DNA from: Pseudodesulfovibrio piezophilus C1TLV30
Lineage (GTDB): Bacteria; Desulfobacterota; Desulfovibrionia; Desulfovibrionales; Desulfovibrionaceae
NCBI RefSeq assembly: GCF_000341895.1
Contig: NC_020409.1
Coordinates: 2,460,001-2,492,000, forward strand
Direction: 5' to 3'
Length of the DNA stretch: 32,000 bases
Part shown: in pieces, positions 24,764-32,000 of the stretch
How positions within the stretch are numbered: position 1 is the stretch's first letter
Layout of the letters: each line of letters starts with the position of its first letter
Program-made: the position numbers and the translations under genes
Notes under the pieces: model-generated
Told to the model about the DNA's origin: nothing
Databases searched by the model: none
The model's input: the letters and a program-made list of their open reading frames with translations, nothing else

Positions 24764-25588
24764 ATGCCCGAACTACCTGAAGTGGAAGTAATTGCCCGCG
24801 GACTCGACTCAACCCTGCCGGGGCGGAGAATAGCTTTAGCCAACCATGTTGACCTGACGCGACTCAGCGAACCAGCTGCAACCCTGCTCCCCCGGATTCT
24901 GGGGCGGCGCATAGTTCGGGCCTACCGTCGGGCCAAGGTCCTGTTGATTGAGTTGAGCGAGGGCATGACCATGGCTTTTCATTTGAAAATGACTGGCCGG
25001 GTGGTTCATGGCCCCACTCGGCGGGCGCAGAAGCATGACCGACTTTTTCTCTCCTTAGATGATGGCTCCCTGCTTTCCTTTTCAGATATGCGAAAGTTCG
25101 GCTATGTGCGTTCCTTTACGGCCGAAGAATTAGGGAGTTGGTGCTTTCTGGAAAAATGTGGTCCTGAACCTTTGGAAACATCTCCCCGGATATTGGCCGA
25201 TCGACTGGAAGGGCGCAAAGGCAAGATCAAGGCCCTCTTGCTGAACCAGTCCGTGGTTGTCGGAGTGGGCAATATCTACGCGGATGAATCCCTTTTTCAT
25301 GCTGGTATCCACCCGGAAACACCGGGGAATATCATCAGCCTTTCGCGACGAGTCTCGTTGTTTACAAAGTTGCAAAGTGTGCTCAAGCAGGCCATAGCCG
25401 AGAATGGGAGCTCCATAAGAAATTACGTGAATGCAGATGGTGATGCCGGGGCATTTCAAAATAATTTCACTGTGTATGGGAGAAAAGGGGAACCATGCCG
25501 GACGTGTAAGAGTGTCTTGGAGGTTGTCAAAGTGGCGGGAAGAAGCTCGACATTCTGCCCTCGATGTCAGCGTCGAAACCAGGGGTGA
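24764..25588 (+). CDS. mutM: formamidopyrimidine-DNA glycosylase
   Basis: The catalytic N-terminus MPELPEVEV is present, with an H2TH region and the C-terminal zinc finger CRTC...CPRCQ. Confidence 0.95.
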   Translation: MPELPEVEVIARGLDSTLPGRRIALANHVDLTRLSEPAATLLPRILGRRIVRAYRRAKVLLIELSEGMTMAFHLKMTGRVVHGPTRRAQKHDRLFLSLDDGSLLSFSDMRKFGYVRSFTAEELGSWCFLEKCGPEPLETSPRILADRLEGRKGKIKALLLNQSVVVGVGNIYADESLFHAGIHPETPGNIISLSRRVSLFTKLQSVLKQAIAENGSSIRNYVNADGDAGAFQNNFTVYGRKGEPCRTCKSVLEVVKVAGRSSTFCPRCQRRNQG

Positions 25589-25866
25589 CAAGTCCGCAAT
25601 GTTCTGTGAAAGTTGTTTGTGGACCTGGACGCGGATATTCTGGTGAAGCCTGTCTGTGCATTGTGGTTCATGAGTGGAAAGACAGGATAACTCGTTGCTT
25701 TTTGTCTTAAAAGCTGCTTCTCAATATCTTATTATATTCCAAGAAGTTATAAGTTTGACTCAAAAAAATGTCTTTCAGACAGTTAAAACTGAAGTATAAT
25801 ACAATTTTCCAATTAATCTATTGTATTTGAGTATATTAAATAAAGTCTAGTAAAAATTTAGAGAAG

Positions 25867-27468
25867 GTGGCTAACAAGATTTCAGGGAGTTACGCCATCG
25901 TCGTTAATCCGGGAACAGAAGTGAATAAGCACGGAAAGAATATTGCGAAAAAAGCCGCAGTGGTGGCTGGGGCGACATTGATTTCACGTCTCTTGGGGTT
26001 TGTTAGAGATGTCATCGTTGCTTTTGCCTTGGGGGCAGGAATGTTTGCGGATGCCTTCTTTGTGGCCTTCCGTATTCCAAACCTGTTGCGCAGGCTTTTT
26101 GGTGAAGGGTCACTGACCATGGCTTTTATTCCGGTTTTCTCGAGGATCATGGAAGAGGAGGGGGAAGAGGCGGCTCAAGCCATGGCACGCTCCGCGATGA
26201 TCTGGTTGTGTGTCATTCTCGGCTGCATCACGCTTCTGGTGGAATTGAGTGCTGGGCCTCTGACTATGATCATTGCACCGGGATTCCTTGATAATTCTGT
26301 GCAGTTTCAGGCAACAGTGGAGTTGATCCGCATTTGTTTTCCATATGTCATCTTCATTTGCGGCGTGGCTTTGTGCATGGGTATTCTCAATGCCAGAGAC
26401 CATTTTCTTTCCCCGGCCCTTGCTCCGGTCGTGCTAAATATCTCGCTGATCGGAGCGGCGCTGATCGGCTATTTTTTCGGGCTGAACGTTGCCTATTCCA
26501 TGGCTTATGGGGTTCTGGCGGGTGGAGTCGGGCAGTTGTTGCTTCAGCAGCCGTTTTTGTTTTCATCAGGGTTTCGTTGGAAAGGGGGGTGGAGTTGGAG
26601 AAACCAGGGGGTCGCCCGGATGGGGATGCTCATGCTTCCCACCGTGTTCGGGGCTGCGGTTTATCAGATCAATATTCTGCTCGGCACTTTGCTCGCCTCT
26701 TACCTGCCTGTGGGGTCTGTTTCCTATCTGTATTATGCTGATCGGCTGGTCCAATTTCCCCTTGGTGTTTTCGGCATAGCGGTCTCTACGGCAGCTCTGC
26801 CAAGTCTGGCCAAACTGGCTGCCAGAGGAGAGATGGAAGAATTCGATGGGGCACTTTCCGTTTCACTCGCACTGACACTGTTTATAGCGCTGCCATCAGC
26901 TGCCGGTCTGATAGGGCTTGCGAATCCGGTTATCGGATTGCTGTTTGAGCGCGGTGCTTTTTCGGCTGAAGCGGTTTCTGCCACAGCTCAGGCTTTGGTT
27001 GCCTATTCGATAGGTTTGCCATTCATCGCTCTGGCCCGTCCCCTGGTCGCCGGATTTTATGCCCTGGAAGATACCAGGACTCCTGTTCGGGTTGCTGTCC
27101 TTTGCCTTCTCAGCAATGTGGGCCTTGGCATTTTTCTGATGCAATCACTTGCTCATGTGGGGCTGGCTTTGGCGGTCAGCCTTTCTTCGTTTCTCAACTT
27201 TATCTGTTTGTACGTTCTTCTGGTTCAAAAACGGGGCAGAGGGCTGATTGGTCTTGGTATGGTGGTCAAATCTGTCATGCTCAGCCTGATTGTCGGCGTC
27301 GGTGCGTTTCTGACCGCAGTATGGCACCCGTGGTGGCTTGCGCTGATCCCGTTTTGGTGTGTTTTTTACATCGGAGCCGGCCATATGCTTGGCATGCAGG
27401 AAGCTCGTTTATTGACAGGACTTGTGGCTACCAGAATTCGCAGACGCAAAAAAGTGAGGGAGGGATAA
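25867..27468 (+). CDS. murJ: lipid II flippase MurJ (MviN family)
   Basis: The N-terminal signature ATLISRLLGFVRDVIVAFALGAG is present, and the 533-aa protein is polytopic. The start is uncertain: GTG 25867 has an adjacent purine tract, and GTG 25921 is an alternative. Confidence 0.92.
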   Translation: MANKISGSYAIVVNPGTEVNKHGKNIAKKAAVVAGATLISRLLGFVRDVIVAFALGAGMFADAFFVAFRIPNLLRRLFGEGSLTMAFIPVFSRIMEEEGEEAAQAMARSAMIWLCVILGCITLLVELSAGPLTMIIAPGFLDNSVQFQATVELIRICFPYVIFICGVALCMGILNARDHFLSPALAPVVLNISLIGAALIGYFFGLNVAYSMAYGVLAGGVGQLLLQQPFLFSSGFRWKGGWSWRNQGVARMGMLMLPTVFGAAVYQINILLGTLLASYLPVGSVSYLYYADRLVQFPLGVFGIAVSTAALPSLAKLAARGEMEEFDGALSVSLALTLFIALPSAAGLIGLANPVIGLLFERGAFSAEAVSATAQALVAYSIGLPFIALARPLVAGFYALEDTRTPVRVAVLCLLSNVGLGIFLMQSLAHVGLALAVSLSSFLNFICLYVLLVQKRGRGLIGLGMVVKSVMLSLIVGVGAFLTAVWHPWWLALIPFWCVFYIGAGHMLGMQEARLLTGLVATRIRRRKKVREG

Positions 27469-27470
27469 TC

Positions 27471-28241
27471 GTGGTTGAGTTCGACACGAATGCCATTCTG
27501 AAGCAGCGCGATTTTTTCCCGCGCGGCATGGTCCAACCCGAGGGAGGGTATCGGTTTTCCCTTGATTCACTTTTGCTGGCCTGTTTTGTTCATCCCGGAC
27601 GGCGTCATTCCGGACTTGATCTTGGGTGCGGTTGTGGGGTGGTGGGGCTTGCCATGTTACTCCGTCGTCCGGATTTGAAGATACTCGGCGTGGAGAGTGA
27701 AGCTCTGTCTGTGGAGTGTGCCCGCGAGAATAGTGTCAGACTCCATTTCTCCAGTATGATGAATGTCACCCAGGGTGATGTGAAGGAATGGCGGCCTGAT
27801 GCTGTGGTGGATTTTGTCGTCTCAAATCCTCCATACAGAAAGCTCGGGCAGGGCCGAGTCAGCCAGGGTGAGAGTCGTCAAGCGGCCCGCTTTGAAGGCA
27901 AGGGAGATTTTGCCGGATTTGCCCGGTGTGCCGCTCTTGCCCTCAAGACACGGGGAAAGTTCACGTTTGTCCATCTCCCCGAGCGCATCCCCGAGTTGCT
28001 GGCAGTGTTGTCGAAAAATGGTCTGGAGCCCAAAAGAATGCGCATGGTCCATGGTCGGGCTGATGAAAATGCCACCATGGTGCTGATCGAAGCAATCAAA
28101 GCCGGAGGGGGTGGTCTGATCGTCGAGCCTCCGCTTGTCCTGCATCAGGGGCATGGGAAACAGACGCAGTTGACCGAGCAGGTGTTGGAATTTTGTCCTT
28201 TTTTACGCTCCAAGCATGAAGGAAGCGATGAGCATGAGTGA
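27471..28241 (+). CDS. SAM-dependent N6-adenine methyltransferase, tRNA1(Val) m6A37 TrmN6/YfiC-like
   Basis: The track ORF spans 27102..28241, but its first 369 nt overlap murJ in another frame. I place the start at GTG 27471, 2 nt after the murJ stop. Supporting motifs are GYRFSLDSLLLA, DLGCGCGVVGLAML and VVSNPPY. Confidence 0.82.
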   Translation: MVEFDTNAILKQRDFFPRGMVQPEGGYRFSLDSLLLACFVHPGRRHSGLDLGCGCGVVGLAMLLRRPDLKILGVESEALSVECARENSVRLHFSSMMNVTQGDVKEWRPDAVVDFVVSNPPYRKLGQGRVSQGESRQAARFEGKGDFAGFARCAALALKTRGKFTFVHLPERIPELLAVLSKNGLEPKRMRMVHGRADENATMVLIEAIKAGGGGLIVEPPLVLHQGHGKQTQLTEQVLEFCPFLRSKHEGSDEHE

Positions 28242-29136
28242 TTTCGTTAGCAAAAGAGTGACCGAATTCTTTGGGAGCGGAAGATTGTACTGTGCTGAGA
28301 CCGTTGTGTCGATCATGGCCGAGGCAGGAGGCCGTGACTCGTCCGACATCGTTCGTATGGCAACCGGATTTTGCAGCGGCGGTGCGCGGACAGATGGTCA
28401 GTGTGGTGCTGTCTCTGGCGCGATCATGGGGCTTGGCCTCTATGCGGGACGGCGCACAGTCGGAGAGGACTATGAGCCAGTGTATGTGTTGGTGCAGGAA
28501 TTTATGGAACGATTTGACAAACAGTACGAGTCTCTGTCCTGTACCAAGCTCTGTGGGTGCAATCTGGCTTCGGATGCAGGCCGTATGCAATTCAAGCAGA
28601 AGCGAGTTGTCGAAACCTGTATTGAAATAGCTGTTTTTGCCATTGAGACAGCGCTCGGTCTACTTCAGGAGCATGGCTTTCTGCCGGATGAGAATGAGAG
28701 TCTCAAGTCCCGGCTCGCTCCATGCGGGCTTTTATGCGGGAAATGTCTGGCATATGAAAGTGGGCCAATTCAACTTTTGAGCGTTGGTCTGGCTGCCACG
28801 CTGGGAGACTCTTTTGGTGTCTATGCCGAACGGTTTCGGCACGCGAATCCGGTATTTGCCCAGTATCCGGCCTTCAGGGAGATGCTGGACTTTTTCAGCC
28901 GGGGAAGCTGTACGGGATGCCGTGGGAGTGGGGGCCTTTTCAGGGAGTGTGCCGTCTCCACATGTGTGGTGGAACACGGGGTGGATTACTGTTACCAATG
29001 TGAGTATTTCCCTTGCGGGAAACATGGTATGCCCGAGGCGCTGGCCGCTGTTTGGAAAAGTCGGAATGAAGCCATGCGTGAGCTTGGTCCAGAGGAATGG
29101 TGCCATCAGTGTCAGGAACAACTCCGTTATCCATGA
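28216..29136 (+). CDS. C_GCAxxG_C_C family domain fused to a DUF3795-like Cys-rich domain
   Basis: The N-terminal half reads YCAETVV...GFCSGGARTDGQCGAVSGAIMGLG...CTKLCGC. The C-terminal half reads CGLLCGKC...CTGCRGSGG...C..STC....DYCYQCEYFPC. The start is 28216, 28228 or 28234, and 28234 has the best spacing to GGAAG. Confidence 0.78.
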   Translation: MKEAMSMSDFVSKRVTEFFGSGRLYCAETVVSIMAEAGGRDSSDIVRMATGFCSGGARTDGQCGAVSGAIMGLGLYAGRRTVGEDYEPVYVLVQEFMERFDKQYESLSCTKLCGCNLASDAGRMQFKQKRVVETCIEIAVFAIETALGLLQEHGFLPDENESLKSRLAPCGLLCGKCLAYESGPIQLLSVGLAATLGDSFGVYAERFRHANPVFAQYPAFREMLDFFSRGSCTGCRGSGGLFRECAVSTCVVEHGVDYCYQCEYFPCGKHGMPEALAAVWKSRNEAMRELGPEEWCHQCQEQLRYP

Positions 29137-29200
29137 CGATAAGCTTTCGATAATGAAAAAATACCTATATGAAAAGATTTAAAACTTATTCGGTAAGCAG

Positions 29201-30544
29201 ATGATAACCAGGATACTTCTTGAAAATTTCATGGCTCATGAGCGCACTGAACTGGAGCTCGGTCCTGGCGTCAATGCGCTGACTGGTCCCAATAATACGG
29301 GTAAGTCTGCTCTTGTCGAAGGGCTGCGGTGCGTGGCGACCAACCCTATCCCGAAGCATTACATTCGGCATGGCGCACAGGAGGCGCGGGTCACGGTGGA
29401 GTTGGAGGATGGTACCAGGATTGTCTGGATACGCAAAAAGCGCTCCTCCGGGTATGAAATGTGGCGTCCTGGTATGGAAGAACCACAGAAGTATTGGAAA
29501 TTTGGTCGGAAACCGCCCGAAGAAGTCCTGGCGGCGCTTCGCCTTGATCTCGTTGAGTTGGAAACCGGTGGTGAAATCGATGTGCATGTGGGCAATCAGC
29601 GCGAACCGGTTTTTCTGCTCAATCAGCCCGGTTCCAATGCAGCAGCTTTCTTTGCCGCTTCCACGGAAGGTGCGCATCTTCTGGCCATGCAAAATCTGCT
29701 CAAGCGCAAGACGCAGGAGACCAAACGCTCCGAAAGGGAATTGGAGGATCGTCTTGACTCTGTTCATGATAGTTTGGACGCATTCTATTCCTTGCCGGGC
29801 ATTGAAATGAACCTGGAAAAGGCGCGGGAGATGGAGGCGCAGGCTCAGACCGTTCAGGATCAGATCCCAAGGCTGGAAAAGACTCTCTCCACCTACGGCT
29901 CTCTGTTGGATGATCTGGCGCGCCAAAGCAGGAGAATTACATCTCTCAATGCTGTTCAACCGGTTCCGGCTCTGACTGAAGTCCGCGATTTGAATTCTTT
30001 GATTACACATATGGGTGATGTTTTTCGAGCGTTTAGCAAAGGCGTGGGAGTTGTTAGGGTACTGTCGGTCTTGCGGGTACTTCCGGAAATTGAGAAAACG
30101 TCCCGTCTGGCTTTGTTTTGTGACCACTTTCGCCAGTTGGCAAAGGATTTGCGTACTGCGAGGGCTGGATGCGCAGCGATGGATGGCTTGAGCGCACCAC
30201 CGGTCCCGGCGGAGACCTCGGGTCTTGCGGAGCTGACAGAAGCTTTGATCACTTCCATATATAGGGCACGTCGGGAGCAACGACGAACTGAAGTCTTGCA
30301 GTCTGTTGTGGAGCCTCCCAGCGTGACCGAGTGCGGGGCGCTGGAGTCCCTGCTTGGAGAAATAGGGTCTCTTGATCTGGACAGGCAGCGGGCGCAGGAG
30401 AGGTTCGATGCATTGGAGAAGCAGTTGGAGACATTGAAGGATGACATCGCATACCGGGTCGGGGAAGTGGGATGCTGTCCGACTTGCGGTGCGGACATCA
30501 ACGCTGAAGCCTTCCTTGATCGGGGGTGTCGTCATGACGGTTGA
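29201..30544 (+). CDS. SMC/SbcC/Rad50-like ABC ATPase, N-terminal half only: Walker A head lobe, long coiled coil, CxxC zinc-hook-like motif at the C-terminus
   Basis: The N-terminus reads MITRILLENFMAHERTELELGPGVNALTGPNNTGKSALVEGL, with Walker A at nt 29285-29308. About 270 aa of charged helical sequence follow. The protein ends ...VGEVGCCPTCGADINAEAFLDRGCRHDG, with CPTC at nt 30476-30487. I find no signature (LSGG) or Walker B motif. Confidence 0.85.
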   Translation: MITRILLENFMAHERTELELGPGVNALTGPNNTGKSALVEGLRCVATNPIPKHYIRHGAQEARVTVELEDGTRIVWIRKKRSSGYEMWRPGMEEPQKYWKFGRKPPEEVLAALRLDLVELETGGEIDVHVGNQREPVFLLNQPGSNAAAFFAASTEGAHLLAMQNLLKRKTQETKRSERELEDRLDSVHDSLDAFYSLPGIEMNLEKAREMEAQAQTVQDQIPRLEKTLSTYGSLLDDLARQSRRITSLNAVQPVPALTEVRDLNSLITHMGDVFRAFSKGVGVVRVLSVLRVLPEIEKTSRLALFCDHFRQLAKDLRTARAGCAAMDGLSAPPVPAETSGLAELTEALITSIYRARREQRRTEVLQSVVEPPSVTECGALESLLGEIGSLDLDRQRAQERFDALEKQLETLKDDIAYRVGEVGCCPTCGADINAEAFLDRGCRHDG

Positions 30545-31493
30545 TGTCGTTGAAGCCAAAGGGCTTTTCCTGATCGCGGACCCGCATCTGGCGGACACTC
30601 CGCCGGGTCAACGGCTGGATGGTTATCTCGATCAGATCATGAACAAGATGGCCGCGTGTCTGGATCGGGCGCGGGAGTTGGACCTCGCCGTGGTTTTTCT
30701 TGGCGACATGTTTCATTGGCCTCGTGACAACTCCAACAAGATGCTTGTGGATCTCATTGCGCTTTTTGGCTCCCGGCAGGGCAATGATCAGGTCTGGGCA
30801 TTAGTGGGAAATCACGACAAGTATCAGGCCCGTTTTACCGATGACGTAAGTCTTGCTGTTCTGGAGGCGGCTGGAGTGCTTCGACTCATGAAGGAGGATG
30901 GTCCCCAGTTTCGTCTGAAGACGGACAAAGGAGATGTCCTGGTCGGTGCCAGCCCTGACGGGACTCCATTGCCCAAAGGATACGAAAAGCAGGAGGGTGA
31001 CCCTGACACCGTGATCTGGCTTTCCCATCATAATATCCAGTTCCCTGAATTTATGGAGAAAGCTTACTCCATCAAAGAGTTGCCGGGTATTGACTGGCTG
31101 ATAAACGGGCACATACATCGCCCGCAGCCGACCTTGACCAAAGGGCAGACTTCGTGGGCCAATCCCGGCAATGTGACCCGGCTCACTTTTACGCGCATAT
31201 CCATGACTCGGGAACCGGCGGCGGCCATCTGGACCCCCGGATGTGGTGATCTGGAAAAATGGGTTATTCCCTTTGAACCTTTTGCAGCGGTCTTTCCTGA
31301 TCAGGAATTACCACCTGAAGAAGTTCAGGTGGAAGGGGAGTCTGATTACGTGAAGGGACTGGAAAGACTGGCCTGGCAACGGACACAAGAAGGCATGGGG
31401 TTGAAAGAGTTTTTGACTGATAATGTCCCTCGTGAGACCCGTGAAGGGGAACTCATATGGGAGCTTTACGAGGAGGTTGTACGTGGTGAATGA
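30534..31493 (+). CDS. calcineurin-like metallophosphoesterase, Mre11/SbcD-type nuclease motifs intact
   Basis: I place the start at ATG 30534, overlapping the upstream gene by 11 nt. The five motifs are LIADPHL (DxH), FLGDMFH (GDxxH), LVGNHD (GNHD), WLSHHN (H) and INGHIHRP (GHxH). Confidence 0.87.
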   Translation: MTVDVVEAKGLFLIADPHLADTPPGQRLDGYLDQIMNKMAACLDRARELDLAVVFLGDMFHWPRDNSNKMLVDLIALFGSRQGNDQVWALVGNHDKYQARFTDDVSLAVLEAAGVLRLMKEDGPQFRLKTDKGDVLVGASPDGTPLPKGYEKQEGDPDTVIWLSHHNIQFPEFMEKAYSIKELPGIDWLINGHIHRPQPTLTKGQTSWANPGNVTRLTFTRISMTREPAAAIWTPGCGDLEKWVIPFEPFAAVFPDQELPPEEVQVEGESDYVKGLERLAWQRTQEGMGLKEFLTDNVPRETREGELIWELYEEVVRGE

Positions 31494-31512
31494 TAATCCC
31501 AATGGAGCAGGC

Positions 31513-31809
31513 ATGAATCCGGACGTGACGCTGGAGCAGGAGTTGAACGGCTTGCGGCGGCAGTATGAACATCTGCGCGATCAGCGGGTGCGGGCCGAAA
31601 CGCAGGTGGCGGATTTATCCGGCCGCCTTGATGCCCTCAAGGCCCAGGCTTTGGAGGAGTACGGGACCAGTGACCCGAAAGAACTGCAACGTCTTTTACA
31701 GGATAAACGTCAAGAAAATGAGCGTATTGTCGCAGAATATCGCGAACATATACAAACGGTTCAGAGTGATCTGGCACAGGTCGAAAACCGCACGGATGGA
31801 GACGGCTAG
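31513..31809 (+). CDS. 98-aa all-helical/coiled-coil protein
   Basis: ATG 31513 has a GGAG 5 nt upstream; in-frame GTGs at 31483 and 31486 are alternatives. The sequence MNPDVTLEQELNGLRRQYEHLRDQRVRAETQVADLSGRLDALKAQALEEYG...ERIVAEYREHIQTVQSDLAQVE is heptad-like and highly charged. Confidence 0.6.
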   Translation: MNPDVTLEQELNGLRRQYEHLRDQRVRAETQVADLSGRLDALKAQALEEYGTSDPKELQRLLQDKRQENERIVAEYREHIQTVQSDLAQVENRTDGDG

Positions 31810-32000
31810 TGGAAACTCCCTTTCCCGGAACGGATTTGAGGGCATTGGAGAGGCGTCACGACCGCCTGTCTGCCAAAGCCGAGGCGTTGCATGCGGAGCA
31901 TGGACGAGTGCGGAAACAGCTTGGAGCCATTCAGAACTTTCTCGTATTGGCTCCTGCGGCCAAGGATCGTTTGGAAGAGTTGTCCAAGACTCTTTTCGGC
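31809..32000 (+). CDS. 5' part of a further coiled-coil protein that runs off the window; possibly the descending coil and C-terminal ATPase lobe of the split SbcC-like protein
   Basis: This ORF is absent from the track because it has no stop in the window. GTG 31809 overlaps the upstream stop (TAGTG) and has GGAGA 6 nt upstream. The frame opens only after the TGA at 31767-31769. My translation is VETPFPGTDLRALERRHDRLSAKAEALHAEHGRVRKQLGAIQNFLVLAPAAKDRLEELSKTLFG, 64 codons with no stop. Confidence 0.5.
   Translation, partial: METPFPGTDLRALERRHDRLSAKAEALHAEHGRVRKQLGAIQNFLVLAPAAKDRLEELSKTLFG

Noticed and set aside
25755-25800. TTGACT and TATAAT hexamers upstream of murJ, considered as a consensus sigma70 promoter pair.
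   Set aside because: They are 34 nt apart, far from the 16-18 nt spacer required. Each may still belong to a different promoter, but the pair is not one.
27102-27470. The 5' extension of the methyltransferase ORF, overlapping murJ in another frame.
   Set aside because: The extension is Cys/Arg/Ser-rich with no motifs. Methyltransferase homology begins only after GTG 27471, which lies 2 nt past the murJ stop. The same logic removed the extensions 4179-4322 (kinase 1), 6928-7098 (SBP), 17605-17772 (orphan sensor), 21996-22046 (DAC-fold), 22134-22190 (DUF429) and 30441-30533 (phosphoesterase).
29186-30598. A 470-aa minus-strand ORF antisense to the SMC-like gene.
   Set aside because: Its composition is R/Q/L/S-rich with low complexity, it has no recognisable motif, and it has no SD. 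The plus-strand frame has a clear Walker A head and a zinc-hook motif. Long stop-free antisense frames are expected opposite coiled-coil-coding, GC-biased genes, so this is a shadow ORF.
1-32000. A scan for CRISPR repeats, IS/transposase or integrase genes, tRNA/rRNA genes and long direct repeats.
   Set aside because: I saw no regularly spaced repeats, no transposase- or integrase-like ORF and no tRNA-like cloverleaf candidates in the intergenic regions. I cannot exclude short or degenerate elements without computational tools.

Overview
This 32 kb chromosomal segment has gene content typical of a sulfate-reducing deltaproteobacterium, possibly Desulfovibrionaceae-like. That placement is inferred from a class-I Hcp, very large PAS-rich hybrid kinases and the general protein style; no search was run. 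I support about 26 protein-coding genes. I found no rRNA, tRNA, CRISPR array, transposase or integrase.

Layout:
- 1-496: 5' part of an Fe-alcohol dehydrogenase gene (-).
- 597-4178: hybrid sensor kinase with a periplasmic solute-binding-like domain and an Hpt domain (-).
- 4480-6087: hcp (+), with an FNR/CRP-type palindrome upstream.
- 6163-6927: family-3 solute-binding protein (-).
- 7056-11513: REC-PAS(n)-GAF-HK-REC hybrid kinase (+).
- 11670-12659: intact HD-GYP (+).
- 12896-15996: proVWX osmoprotectant ABC operon (-).
- 15997-16661: roughly 660 bp ORF-poor regulatory region.
- 16662-18906: cytoplasmic GGDEF cyclase followed by an orphan periplasmic sensor domain (+).
- 19211-21995: minus-strand module of a DAC-fold protein, a 74-aa membrane protein and an HD-GYP protein. 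Both nucleotide-signalling domains carry substituted catalytic motifs.
- 22191-25588: DUF429, ChaN-PDZ lipoprotein, a secreted hypothetical protein and mutM (+).
- 25867-29136: murJ, an NPPY methyltransferase and a C_GCAxxG_C_C/DUF3795 fusion (+).
- 29201-32000: an unusual SbcCD/Rad50-Mre11-like cluster that runs off the window.

In that last cluster the ATPase appears split at its zinc hook, and a metallophosphoesterase gene plus a small coiled-coil gene sit between the pieces. I consider this cluster and the degenerate DAC / HD-GYP module the best candidates for an undescribed system.

All domain calls come from reading motifs in the supplied translations and from my own translation of edge ORFs. 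No database search, HMM or folding calculation was possible.
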